Source: Polyangiaceae bacterium
GTDB taxonomy: Bacteria > Myxococcota_A > Polyangia > Polyangiales > Polyangiaceae
Reading direction: 5' to 3'
Assembly: GCA_050287085.1 (NCBI GenBank)
Contig: JBNKBE010000004.1
Span: 1 to 64,000 of the forward strand
Length of the DNA stretch: 64,000 nucleotides
How positions within the stretch are numbered: position 1 is the stretch's first letter; every line of letters begins with the position of its first letter. Positions 39,721 to 48,809 of the stretch are shown here, piece after piece. The notes beneath the pieces were generated by a model. That model did not search any database and had not been told where the DNA came from. It worked only from the letters and a program-made list of their open reading frames with translations. The position numbers and the translations under genes are program-made.

Positions 39721-40497
39721 GTGGAAGTCCAAGCCCAGATCGTTGCCCTAGAAAACCTAGCCCTTGCTGACGCAGCACTGCAAACGCTGGAGCAGGAGCT
39801 TGGCGAGGAGCGAGCGCAGCTCGGCGGAAAGCAGGACCAATTGATGGGCCTGGACGCGCGTATTGAAGCGGCCCGGGTGAGCATTGCCCAGATGGATCGC
39901 ACCCGGCAAGAGCTGATCGGAGAGGCTCGACAGATGAGCCTCCAGCTGGAGCGATCCCGCGAGAAGCTCGGGCGCTGCCGTACGGAGCGTGAGGTGAACG
40001 CCGCTCAGCGCGAAATGGAAGAGCTGCGCAAGCTCTATCGCGACCGAGAAATCGAGCTCGAGAAGCTAAACGGGCTTGCTGACCAGGCCCACGCTGATCT
40101 GCTCAAGTTCGATCAGCAACGCACGGAGCTGGCTCATGCATTGGGTCAGACCGAGGGCGCCAGCCGCGTTCGCGACCTCACCGTGGAGGCGGACAAGGCA
40201 AGGGCAGCTCGTGAAGAGTTGGCGGCAAAGCTGCCGCAGACCCTGCGCCGACGTTACGACCGCATCCTGAAGGCACGGGGAGTGGCCATCGCCTACAGCT
40301 CGGACGGCACGTGTAGTGCGTGTCACATCGCCCTGGCCCCGATGCACTTTCAAACGTTGCGCCGGGCCTCGACCCTCGACCAATGTCCCGCTTGCCAACG
40401 ACTCCTCTACTACAAGGACCCTGAGGAATTGGCTGCTGAGGGCGCCGACGACGAGGTGCCGCCCGCGGAGCCCGAAGCCGGCGAGGACGTGAGCTAG
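39721..40497 (+). CDS. Coiled-coil plus C4 zinc-ribbon protein (DUF164/CT398-like)
   Basis: Long coiled coil, YDRI, CSACH...CPAC.RLLY. Confidence 0.88.
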   Translation: MEVQAQIVALENLALADAALQTLEQELGEERAQLGGKQDQLMGLDARIEAARVSIAQMDRTRQELIGEARQMSLQLERSREKLGRCRTEREVNAAQREMEELRKLYRDREIELEKLNGLADQAHADLLKFDQQRTELAHALGQTEGASRVRDLTVEADKARAAREELAAKLPQTLRRRYDRILKARGVAIAYSSDGTCSACHIALAPMHFQTLRRASTLDQCPACQRLLYYKDPEELAAEGADDEVPPAEPEAGEDVS

Positions 40498-40510
40498 GCC
40501 TACTGCCGTC

Positions 40511-41716
40511 ATGCGCGCGTGTCCGCGGTGCGGCAGGTTGTATCCCGACAAGGACTCGGGCTTCTGCCAGGCCGACGGCTTGGCATTGGCCGCGGCGGAC
40601 ACCGTCCGACCGAGCGATCCAGGGGACGACCGGGTCGGGAGCGTTCTCCAAGGACGCTACCGGCTCTTTCGCGTCGTGGCCGATGGCGGGACGGCGCGGG
40701 TCTATGAGGCCTTGGATGTCTCTAGGGGGCAGCACGTGGCGGTCAAGGTCTTGCGCCGCGATCGCCTGGACGACGTCATCAGCCTTGAGCGCTTGCGGCG
40801 GGAGTACGAATACGGTCAGCGCTTGCGTGCGGCGCATGTGGTTGAGGCGGTTGACTTCCTGCCGACCGAGGACGGCAGTCATGCTCTGGTTACCGAGTTT
40901 CTGAGCGGAGAGGAGTTGCGTGGGCTGCTGAAGCGAGAGCGCTGTGTGGCACCGGCTCGAGCCGTGCGGATCTTGAGTCAGGTGGCCGTCGCGTTGTCTG
41001 CCGCGCATTCCTGCGGCCTGGTGCACCGCGACTTGAAGCCGGAAAACCTCTTTCTGTGTCAGACGCAGGACGGGGATGACGTGAGGGTGCTCGACTGGGG
41101 TTCGGTGAAGGATACCTCCGCGCATGAACCGCTGACCGTGCTCGGTACGGCTATTGGGTCGCCCTTCTATATGTCGCCGGAGCAAGCTCAGGGACTGGAC
41201 ACCGTTGACCGGCGCACCGACGTTTGGTCGCTCGCGGTCATTGCCTACGAGATGCTGTCCGGTCGCCTTCCATTCACGGGGCCGACGGGACCGGCCGTAT
41301 TGTTGGCGTTGATCACGATGCCGGCGCCACCACTGCGTCTCGGAGAGGGTCCGGCTGCACTGTTGCCCCCGAGCGTTGATGCGGCGTTGGCGCTCGGTTT
41401 GCGGAAGGAGCCCAGCGCCCGCGCGGAGTCGGCGAGCGTATTCGTGAACGCGCTCGGGCGGGCGCTAGGGCTCGAAGGTTCCTGCGAGCAGTGGGCGCGC
41501 TCGCCACTCGCCGTAGTGGAAAGTCAACTCGACCTTTGCACTCCAACGCGTGTGAGCGCGGAAGAGGCGTTCTTTGGTGCGGGTGAGCCCTCCTGGTCGA
41601 GTGCCGCACCAGCGCGGGCTGGGCGCGCTAGGTCCGCGCGCCCGTATTACCTATTGCTGGGCATCGCCCTTGGGCTGGGAGCGTTGTGCGTAGCCTTCTT
41701 GCTCCTATACCGCTAG
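40511..41716 (+). CDS. Eukaryotic-like Ser/Thr protein kinase with C-terminal TM
   Basis: N-terminal CPRC...C; VAVKVL, HRDLKPEN, DWG, GSPFYMSPE, DVWSLAV; hydrophobic C-terminus. Confidence 0.92.
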   Translation: MRACPRCGRLYPDKDSGFCQADGLALAAADTVRPSDPGDDRVGSVLQGRYRLFRVVADGGTARVYEALDVSRGQHVAVKVLRRDRLDDVISLERLRREYEYGQRLRAAHVVEAVDFLPTEDGSHALVTEFLSGEELRGLLKRERCVAPARAVRILSQVAVALSAAHSCGLVHRDLKPENLFLCQTQDGDDVRVLDWGSVKDTSAHEPLTVLGTAIGSPFYMSPEQAQGLDTVDRRTDVWSLAVIAYEMLSGRLPFTGPTGPAVLLALITMPAPPLRLGEGPAALLPPSVDAALALGLRKEPSARAESASVFVNALGRALGLEGSCEQWARSPLAVVESQLDLCTPTRVSAEEAFFGAGEPSWSSAAPARAGRARSARPYYLLLGIALGLGALCVAFLLLYR

Positions 41717-41829
41717 CCCAGCATCAAGGGATAGCTCGGTCAACTGGGGCGTCAGGTTGTCGGGCCAGGTTGCGGTCGGCGCGTGCGGGGCGAGCGGTCA
41801 GGCTTCAGATTCGTGATAGCCTGTAGGTG

Positions 41830-44064
41830 ATGTCGGCGCTGCTGGACGAACTGGATCGCATTGCCAATGACTTGCTGTGTCGTTTCGACGAGCAGAAGCC
41901 GGTGCTTTCGTTTGAGGAGTACCTACTGCGCGTGGAGCAGGAGCCAGCGCGGCACTGCCGGGACGCGGTCACCTACTTGCGCGACGCCTTTGACTACTTC
42001 GGGCGGCAGGAGCGGGGGGAGGGTGAGCCGAGTCGCTTTCGTCTCTTCGACTTGCCGTGGCTGGACGAGGAGGAAGCGCGCTCGCTGCGCCTGGTTGGCC
42101 AAGAGCAGGTGCAACACGAAATCTATCGCGCCCTGAACAACTTCGTTCGCGAAGGCCGAGCCAATCGCTTACCGCTTCTCCACGGCCCGAACGGCTCTGC
42201 GAAGAGCACGGTGGCTCGGGCGTTGATGCTGGCCCTCGAGCACTACAGCCAGACCGATGAAGGCGCGCTGTATCGCTTCCATTGGGTGTTCCCTACGCGG
42301 CAGAAAACGCGTGGCGGAATCGGGTTTGGCGACAAGCCTTCGGCCGTGGGCGCGGGCAGCTACGCACACCTCGCTGAAGAGGACATCGACGCTCGTCTGA
42401 TGGACGAGACGCGAGATCACCCGCTATTGCTATTGCCGTCCGAGTACCGGCGCCGACTCTTGTCGAACCTACTGCCGGTGGAGGACCGCAGTCGGACGAG
42501 CCGCTGGCTGTGGGACGGAGAGCTTTCACACAAAAATCGGAAGGTCTTTGATGCGCTCTTCTCGAGCCAGGGCGGCGCGCTGGCAGAGGTCTTGCGCCAC
42601 GTACGCGTCGAGCGGTACACCATTTCGCGGCGCTATCGCGTTGGGGCGGTGACGCTGGGCCCCGAGTTGAACGTTGACGCTCGAGAGCGCCAGGTGACCG
42701 CCGATCGCTCGCTGTCGGCGCTTCCGACGAGCTTGCAGGCGGTCGCTTTATACGAAGCGAGCGGTGAGTTGATCGATGCGGCAGGAGGGCTGCTGGAGTA
42801 TTCCGACTTGCTCAAACGTCCCCTTGAGGCATTCAAGTATCTGCAGCTGACGGTCGAGACGGGGGAGGTTGCGCTCCCGAATCAGAACGTGAGTATCAAC
42901 TGTTTCATGATCGGCAGTGCCAACGAGCAGGAGTTGTCGGCATTTCGGTCACATCCGGAATTCGAGAGTTTTCGCGGTCGCCTCGAGTTTATTCGTACGC
43001 CCTACCTATTGAATTGGAAGTCGGAACAGGAGATCTACGAGGCGCAGGTCGCGGCTCACCTGCAGGTCCATGTCGCGCCCCATGCCACGCGGGTGGCGGC
43101 CATGTTTGCGGTGCTCAGCCGTCTTCGTCAGCCGGAAGCTGACCGCTATGAACGCACCGTGCGCGAGCTGATTCGCGGCCTCACTGTTTTTGAGAAGATG
43201 GAGCTGTACACGGAAGGGCGACTGCCCGAGCGCCTGGCGGGGGAAAAGGCCAAGGAGCTTCGCTCCCTCATTCCTGCTCTAAAGGAGGAAGGGCAAGGCC
43301 ACGACGCCTACGAAGGAGCCACGGGCGCTAGCCCCCGTGAGATGCGGACGGTACTTCTCGACGCAGCCCAGAGTGAGGCTTGGATTGGATTGTCTCCTTT
43401 TGCGGTCTTGGAGCAGTTGGACGAATTGTGTACGCGCGCGTCCGAGTTCGCGTGGCTTGGGCGGCAGAGCACGGAGGGGGGCTACGGAGATCATGAAGAG
43501 TTCCGGAGTTGGCTCTACCGCAGGTTGCTGGTGTTGATCGAAGACGACTTTCGACGGGCGAGCGGGCTCGTGGACGAGAGCCAATACGACGAATTGTTCT
43601 CTCGCTACGTGCAGCATTTGAGCGCGTGGGCCAAAGGAGAAAAGCTGCGCAACCCCCATACCGGGGTGTCGGAACCGCCCGACGAGCAGCTGATGCGTGA
43701 GGTCGAGACCCTGCTCAACGCAGCTGACGAAGCGGAAGTGGCTCGTCACGGGTTGATGCAGCGCTTCGCGGCCTGGGCCATCGAGTCGCCCGGAAAGCCG
43801 CTAGAGAGCTCACCGGTGTTCTCGGACATGGTGACGCGGCTTCGCGACGCGGCGTTTGCTACGCGCCGCCACGCGCTGGGAGGGCTCGTCAAGCGTGTTC
43901 TCGCGTGCCTCGAGCGAGGGCATGAAGCGCCTCCGAGCGACCCTCAGCAACGCGCCGAGGCCGAGCGCGTGATCGAGACAATGATACGCACCCAGGGCTA
44001 CGCCCGGAGCTCCGTGGCCGACGCGGCCGCGCAGCTGCTCTCTTCCGGTCTCGCGGACGCCTGA
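41830..44064 (+). CDS. prkA: PrkA/YeaG-family AAA+ serine protein kinase
   Basis: LSFEEYL, LLHGPNGSAKST, GLLEYSDLLKRP, PYLLNW..EQEIY, EGATGASPREM. Confidence 0.8.
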   Translation: MSALLDELDRIANDLLCRFDEQKPVLSFEEYLLRVEQEPARHCRDAVTYLRDAFDYFGRQERGEGEPSRFRLFDLPWLDEEEARSLRLVGQEQVQHEIYRALNNFVREGRANRLPLLHGPNGSAKSTVARALMLALEHYSQTDEGALYRFHWVFPTRQKTRGGIGFGDKPSAVGAGSYAHLAEEDIDARLMDETRDHPLLLLPSEYRRRLLSNLLPVEDRSRTSRWLWDGELSHKNRKVFDALFSSQGGALAEVLRHVRVERYTISRRYRVGAVTLGPELNVDARERQVTADRSLSALPTSLQAVALYEASGELIDAAGGLLEYSDLLKRPLEAFKYLQLTVETGEVALPNQNVSINCFMIGSANEQELSAFRSHPEFESFRGRLEFIRTPYLLNWKSEQEIYEAQVAAHLQVHVAPHATRVAAMFAVLSRLRQPEADRYERTVRELIRGLTVFEKMELYTEGRLPERLAGEKAKELRSLIPALKEEGQGHDAYEGATGASPREMRTVLLDAAQSEAWIGLSPFAVLEQLDELCTRASEFAWLGRQSTEGGYGDHEEFRSWLYRRLLVLIEDDFRRASGLVDESQYDELFSRYVQHLSAWAKGEKLRNPHTGVSEPPDEQLMREVETLLNAADEAEVARHGLMQRFAAWAIESPGKPLESSPVFSDMVTRLRDAAFATRRHALGGLVKRVLACLERGHEAPPSDPQQRAEAERVIETMIRTQGYARSSVADAAAQLLSSGLADA

Positions 44065-44142
44065 GGCCCCGGAGTGGTTCCGCCAGCTGCAGCCGGTGAG
44101 CCAAGGGATGTGGCCGACGGCACATGATTGGGCCGAGGGCTT

Positions 44143-44211
44143 CCCGCAGCACACCCGCAGCACACCCGCAGCACGCCCGCAGCACGCCCGCAGCACACCC
44201 GCAGCACACCC
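44143..44211. repeat. 11-bp tandem repeat CCCGCAGCAC(A/G), 6 copies
   Basis: Units start at 44143, 44154, 44165, 44176, 44187 and 44198. Confidence 0.93.
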
Positions 44212-44491
44212 ACCGCGCGGGCCCGCGAACGGCCCAAGTGCTCGCCCTCAACCCGAGGCTACGTGCGCGGGTAGGGGGGCCGCCTGAGCGGCTCCTTACG
44301 CTGGTGCGGCCCGTGTTGCAGCCGCCGGAGGGGGTCCAGCCCCAGGTGGCTGGACGGGGCAAGCCGAACTTGGAGTACCCCCGGGGTGGGGCTGGCCCAG
44401 ACCGTGCCCTGGCTCCCGAGTAGCCGCCACCCGGTGCCATTTTCACGTTCGGTGCCGGTGGTGAGAGTCGCCGCTCCGACGCCACAAACAG

Positions 44492-44522
44492 AAAAAACCC
44501 CGCACACTTACGTGAGCGGGGT
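44492..44522 (-). terminator. Intrinsic terminator downstream of tRNA-Met
   Basis: Minus strand ACCCCGC-TCACGTAAGTGT-GCGGGGT followed by TTTTT. Confidence 0.8.
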
Positions 44523-44526
44523 CCCG

Positions 44527-44603
44527 TGGTGCCGAAAGGCGGACTTGAACCGCCGACACAAGGCTTATGAAGCCTCTGCTCTAACCAACTGAGCTACTTC
44601 GGC
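44527..44603 (-). tRNA. tRNA-Met(CAT), elongator type, CCA encoded
   Basis: GCCGAAGTAGCTCAGTTGGTTAGAGC...GAGGC-TTCATAA-GCCTT...GGTTCAAGTCC...GGCACCA; paired 1:72 and no GGG/CCC initiator stem. Confidence 0.92.
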
Positions 44604-44615
44604 TGAGGGGCGCGG

Positions 44616-44644
44616 AATATTGCCGGGCTGCAGAGGGATGTCAA
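44616..44644 (-). promoter_or_regulatory. Sigma-70-type promoter of tRNA-Met
   Basis: TTGACA-17 nt-AATATT followed by a GC-rich discriminator. Confidence 0.6.
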
Positions 44645-44689
44645 GCCTTCAGCGGAGCCACGGGGCGTCGTTCGAGGTCGTCCGTTCGC

Positions 44690-45298
44690 TCACTCGCGGC
44701 CGAACAGATCCTGAATGCGTGAGTCGAGCGCGACCGCGATCTTGTACAAGCTCGAGATCGACGGACTCGATTCGGCGCGTTCGATCTGGGACAACAAAGA
44801 TATGGAAAGCCCCGTACGACGGCTCATTTGCTTGAGCGTGAGCTCCTTCTGCTTTCGAAGGGTTCGGATCGTATCGCCGATGATCTTATGCAGTTGTTCT
44901 TCGGGCGTGCGCGCCAAACCCTTCTTGCGCATGACGCGCGCCAGCACGTCGCGGAACTCATCCACGTTGAAGGGCTTCTTGAGGTAGTCGACCGCATCCA
45001 GTTTCATGGACGCGATGGCGGAATCCAGGTTGGGGTGCGCCGTGAAGATCACAACGGCGATGTCCTTGTCGATGTTTCGGATACGACGCAGGACCTCGAT
45101 CCCATCCAACTTGGGCATCATCAGGTCGAGAATGATGACGTGGTAGTCACCCTGCCGCACTTCCTCTTCGGCGAGGGTCGGATCGGTGAGAGCGCGGACC
45201 GTGAACCCATCACGCTCCAGCAGTGTCTGCATGTACTCACAGATCTGGCGGTCGTCATCGACGATTAGAATTCGAACAGAGGGCAATTCGATAGGCAC
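44690..45298 (-). CDS. Response regulator with C-terminal XRE (HTH_3) DNA-binding domain
   Basis: ILIVDDD, LDLMMPKLDG, DYLKKPF; IRTLRKQKELTLKQMSRRTGLSISLLSQIER. Confidence 0.92.
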   Translation of the reverse strand: MPIELPSVRILIVDDDRQICEYMQTLLERDGFTVRALTDPTLAEEEVRQGDYHVIILDLMMPKLDGIEVLRRIRNIDKDIAVVIFTAHPNLDSAIASMKLDAVDYLKKPFNVDEFRDVLARVMRKKGLARTPEEQLHKIIGDTIRTLRKQKELTLKQMSRRTGLSISLLSQIERAESSPSISSLYKIAVALDSRIQDLFGRE

Positions 45299-45390
45299 GA
45301 GTCGTTCTCCAAGATGCTAGGCCGCTTCAGGAAATTGCAACCACAGCATAAGCTGACCTGTGTTACAGTGCTACTTAATTTGTGATAAAT

Positions 45391-46329
45391 TCACAAGTCG
45401 TGGTAATCATTGGGGAGTTTTACCAATTCGGGCCCCGCCAGCGCATCTGAGTCGCTGACTCCCAGGTGCTTGTAGATCTCCAGAGTCGCACTCGAGCGGT
45501 TCAGTGTGTAGAAGTGCAAGCCGCGCACGTCGTGCTCCAGCAGCTCCAAGCACTGCTGAGTCGCCCAATGCACGCCGAGCTGTGAGACAGCCGCGTCGTC
45601 CTTGCAACGGCTGAGCGCCCGCTGCAGGGCTGCTGGTACGCGGGTTCCAAGAGCGAGCTGGCTCATCCGCTTCAGCCCGGCTGCGCTTGTTACTGGCATG
45701 ATACCCGCGATGATGGGAACGTGAATGCCAGCGAGGATGCAGCGTTCGCGAAAGTCGTAGAAGTCGTGATTGTCGAAGAACAACTGCGTGATGACGACGT
45801 CCGCCCCTGCGTCGACTTTGGCTTTTAGATAGTCCATCTCCTGGAGGCGGTTGGGGGTACGAGGGTGGCCTTCAGGATACCCGGCAACGGCAACGCCGCG
45901 GCGCCGCCGCGCCGATTCCTGATCGAGCTTTCGGGCAAAGGCGACCAGTTCGGACGCGAAATGAAAAGCGTCGTGCTCGCCAGTGCCGGCGCCCTGGGGG
46001 GGATCACCCGCCAGGGCGAGGACGTTGTCGACGCCGGCTTCGGCATAGGCGTCCAGGATCGACCGTAGTTCCGCGGTGGAATGCCCCACACAGGTGAGGT
46101 GAGGAATGGCTTCCAGCTTCGTTTCTCGTCGGATGCGAACGACGAGTTCGTGAGTCAGGTCGCGCGTTGAACCCCCAGCGCCGTACGTGACGGATACGAA
46201 CGCCGGGCGTAGGGGCTCGAGCGCGGCGATGGTGCGAAATAGCGACTCCGCGCCCGCGGGCGTTTTCGGGGGAAAGAACTCGAAGGAACAAGAGACGGGA
46301 TGCGACTCGAGAATGTTTGCGATATGCAT
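45391..46329 (-). CDS. metF: 5,10-methylenetetrahydrofolate reductase
   Basis: SFEFFPPKT, SVTYGAGGST, HLTC, YPEGHP, KVDAGAD..ITQLFFD, HFYTLN. Confidence 0.97.
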   Translation of the reverse strand: MHIANILESHPVSCSFEFFPPKTPAGAESLFRTIAALEPLRPAFVSVTYGAGGSTRDLTHELVVRIRRETKLEAIPHLTCVGHSTAELRSILDAYAEAGVDNVLALAGDPPQGAGTGEHDAFHFASELVAFARKLDQESARRRRGVAVAGYPEGHPRTPNRLQEMDYLKAKVDAGADVVITQLFFDNHDFYDFRERCILAGIHVPIIAGIMPVTSAAGLKRMSQLALGTRVPAALQRALSRCKDDAAVSQLGVHWATQQCLELLEHDVRGLHFYTLNRSSATLEIYKHLGVSDSDALAGPELVKLPNDYHDL

Positions 46330-46551
46330 AATAGACGATGGCGCGGCACCCTCCCTCGGGCGCCTGCGCGCTTTTTTTGCACAAATCAGCCCTGCGCGCA
46401 GCTGCGATTCGGCTCGAGCTCAAAGCGCCCGGGCCGGAGCCACGCGCGGCAGAGCCCCTCTTGGGCCGAGAAGAGCTTGGACCGAGTTTGGCTGCGAAAA
46501 GTAGAAAGGCACCCAACCCCTTGGGGTGGATGCCTTGCTGCGGGTGATTTG

Positions 46552-46625
46552 TCGGGGCGGGCAGATTTGAACTGCCGACCTCACGGACCCGAACCGTGCG
46601 CGCTACCAAACTGCGCTACGCCCCG
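46552..46625 (-). tRNA. tRNA-Pro(CGG), CCA not encoded
   Basis: CGGGGCGTAGCGCAGTTTGGTAGCGC...CACGG-TTCGGGT-CCGTG...GTTCAAATC; upstream TTGACA-17-CATTCT and a downstream hairpin near 46506-46536. Confidence 0.95.
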
Positions 46626-46763
46626 AAACGACAAGCTGGGCTAGCCGTTGGGGCGCGGAGAATGTGCTTCCATGAGCCGACTGTCAAGGTGAAGGCGTCG
46701 GGGTACCCCGTTTCCCGAAGATGGCTGGCCGACTGCACGCGGGGCGTTCGGCCTCGCGCCAAC

Positions 46764-47720
46764 CTAGCTGCGGGCTTCCAAGGCTTTGACCAACTCGGGA
46801 ACCGCATCGAACAAATCGGCGACCAGTCCGTAGTCGGCGATCTGAAAGATGGGCGCTTCTGGGTCCTTGTTGATCGCGACGATCGTTTTGGACCCCTTCA
46901 TGCCGGCAATGTGCTGAATCGCACCGGAGATACCGATGGCGATATACAGGTTGGGCGCTACGATCTTGCCGGTCTGGCCCACTTGGAAATCCCCGGGGGC
47001 GTAGCCCGCGTCGCAGGCGGCTCGGCTCGCGCCGATCCCCGCGTTCAGCGCCTTTGCCAAGGGTTCCAAGACTTCGAAGAAACGCTCCTTCAGGGCTCGG
47101 CCGCCGCTGACAATGCGCTCGGCCTCGGACAGCTCCGGGCGTTCGCTTTGCACCTGGTCGAGGCTGATAAATCGGACGCGGCTTGCCGCCGCGCTGGGGG
47201 CCGACACCGTGAGAGCCTGCACGGGGCTCGAGCCACCACTTGCCTCGGCAGCCGTCCACTCGCTCTGGCGCACGGTTACGACCTTCTGCGGGGTAGACAA
47301 TACGACGTGGCCGTACGCGTTGCCGGCAAACATGGGACGCTTGAAGACCCATTGGTCACCCTCGGATTCGACCCCAGCGCAGTCTCCCGCAAAGCCTGCG
47401 TCGAGGGCCGCAGCAACGCGAGGGAGCAAATCTTTGCCGAAGCTGGTGGCGGTCGCGACCATGATGTCGAAATCCGCGGCGGCTTGTACCACCGTCGGCG
47501 TATAGGTTTCGGCCAAGTAGTGGGTGAGCACCGGGTCGCTCGCTAGGAGCACGGCTTCGGCGCCGTAGGCCCGCGCTTGCTCGGCGGCCGCAGGTGCTTC
47601 GGGGCCGCCCATGACCAGAATGGAAAACGGGCCTCCCACGCGCCGAGCGAAAGCGACTGCCGCGAGCGTGGCCGCCTTGAGGTTACCGTCTTGCTGTTCA
47701 GCGATAATCAGTGTCTTCAT
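46764..47720 (-). CDS. etfA: Electron transfer flavoprotein alpha subunit
   Basis: GKDLLPRVAAALD, IVSGGR, GASRAACDAG, QVGQTGK, GISGAIQH. Confidence 0.96.
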   Translation of the reverse strand: MKTLIIAEQQDGNLKAATLAAVAFARRVGGPFSILVMGGPEAPAAAEQARAYGAEAVLLASDPVLTHYLAETYTPTVVQAAADFDIMVATATSFGKDLLPRVAAALDAGFAGDCAGVESEGDQWVFKRPMFAGNAYGHVVLSTPQKVVTVRQSEWTAAEASGGSSPVQALTVSAPSAAASRVRFISLDQVQSERPELSEAERIVSGGRALKERFFEVLEPLAKALNAGIGASRAACDAGYAPGDFQVGQTGKIVAPNLYIAIGISGAIQHIAGMKGSKTIVAINKDPEAPIFQIADYGLVADLFDAVPELVKALEARS

Positions 47721-47731
47721 AGCAGGACCTC

Positions 47732-48559
47732 TCAGATGACGTGGGCTTCGCCGGCTAGCTTGTCTACGAGCTCTTGTGCGGAGCCCACTTTGATGCCCGC
47801 CTTGCGTGCCGCGGGTAGCTCGAAACGGACGTACTGGGAGCTCGCCTTGGCGCCTGCAACCAGGTCATCGAGCGCCACGACGTCGAGGGGTTTCTTCTTG
47901 GCCTTCATGATGGCGGGAAGGGGCGCGAAACGGACGCCGTCGTTGTACTTGTGGTCATTCGGCGTGCTCGCTGAGTAGACCGACTGCGGCGCCACGATGC
48001 GCAGGTCGACCGTCACCAGCGCGGGCAATGTGAGCTCTACGGTGGCGGTGCCTCCGTCCACTTCGCGGGACACCCGCAGACCGTTCGGGAGCTCTTGAAT
48101 CGTTGCGGCGAAGGTCGCCATCGGAAAGTCGAGAAGTTGGGCCAGCGCCTGACCGGCGAAGTTGCTATCTCCGTCAACGGCTTGTTTGCCCATCAGTACC
48201 AGATCGGGTTGTTCACGCTCGACGATGGCTTTGAGAGCTTTGGCGACCAACAAGCCGTCCAGCGCAGTATCGTCAGCGTCCACGCGAATTGCGCGGTCTG
48301 CCCCTGTGGCCAGGGCCGCACGCAGGGTCGCTTCGGACTCCTTGGGGCCGAGCGTGACCACAATGACCTCGCCCAGCCTCACCTTGTTTTCCTTGCCGTT
48401 TTCCGTTAGCCGCAGGGCGGCTTCCAGCGCGTATTCGTCAAAGGGGTTTGGCTTCGATTCCAAACCGCTTGCGTCGATGCTCTTGCCATCGGCGGCAATC
48501 TTGATTCGGTTGGCGTTGTCAGGATCGGCAACTCGCTTGATGGCTACCAGAATTTTCAC
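47732..48559 (-). CDS. etfB: Electron transfer flavoprotein beta subunit
   Basis: GTG start with GAGGG RBS; KILVAIKRV.DP, NPFDEYALE, GADRAI, GKQAVDGD, IMKAKKKP. Confidence 0.96.
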   Translation of the reverse strand: MKILVAIKRVADPDNANRIKIAADGKSIDASGLESKPNPFDEYALEAALRLTENGKENKVRLGEVIVVTLGPKESEATLRAALATGADRAIRVDADDTALDGLLVAKALKAIVEREQPDLVLMGKQAVDGDSNFAGQALAQLLDFPMATFAATIQELPNGLRVSREVDGGTATVELTLPALVTVDLRIVAPQSVYSASTPNDHKYNDGVRFAPLPAIMKAKKKPLDVVALDDLVAGAKASSQYVRFELPAARKAGIKVGSAQELVDKLAGEAHVI

Positions 48560-48809
48560 GCAGGTCCCTCTCTTGGTTCCGTCTTTGGGTGGAAGGCGCA
48601 TCGCTTGGCTTTTTGGGCGCTCGCGCTGGTGAACTCCGCGGGAAACGGAGCCGCTTCCTCTTGGTTACCACGTCTGCGCAGCCCCGCCACCGCGCCCTGC
48701 GGCGCCCCCACTAGCCGGCCTGTTGTGGTCCCCCCACGCCTACCGGGCGGTGAGCCGCCCATGTGCGTAGGCGCTTGGTTTGCCGCTTGCGAGTGGGCAT
48801 TATCTCCGT

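Noticed and set aside
40498..40510. rnhA/rnpB expected after the tRNA-Ile2 and zinc-ribbon genes
   Set aside because: The kinase gene follows immediately and no RNase P RNA signature was seen
46330..46550. SAM/SAH riboswitch upstream of metF
   Set aside because: Only a partial GAGGGGCTCTGC resemblance; the other conserved elements were not found. An Rfam scan would settle it
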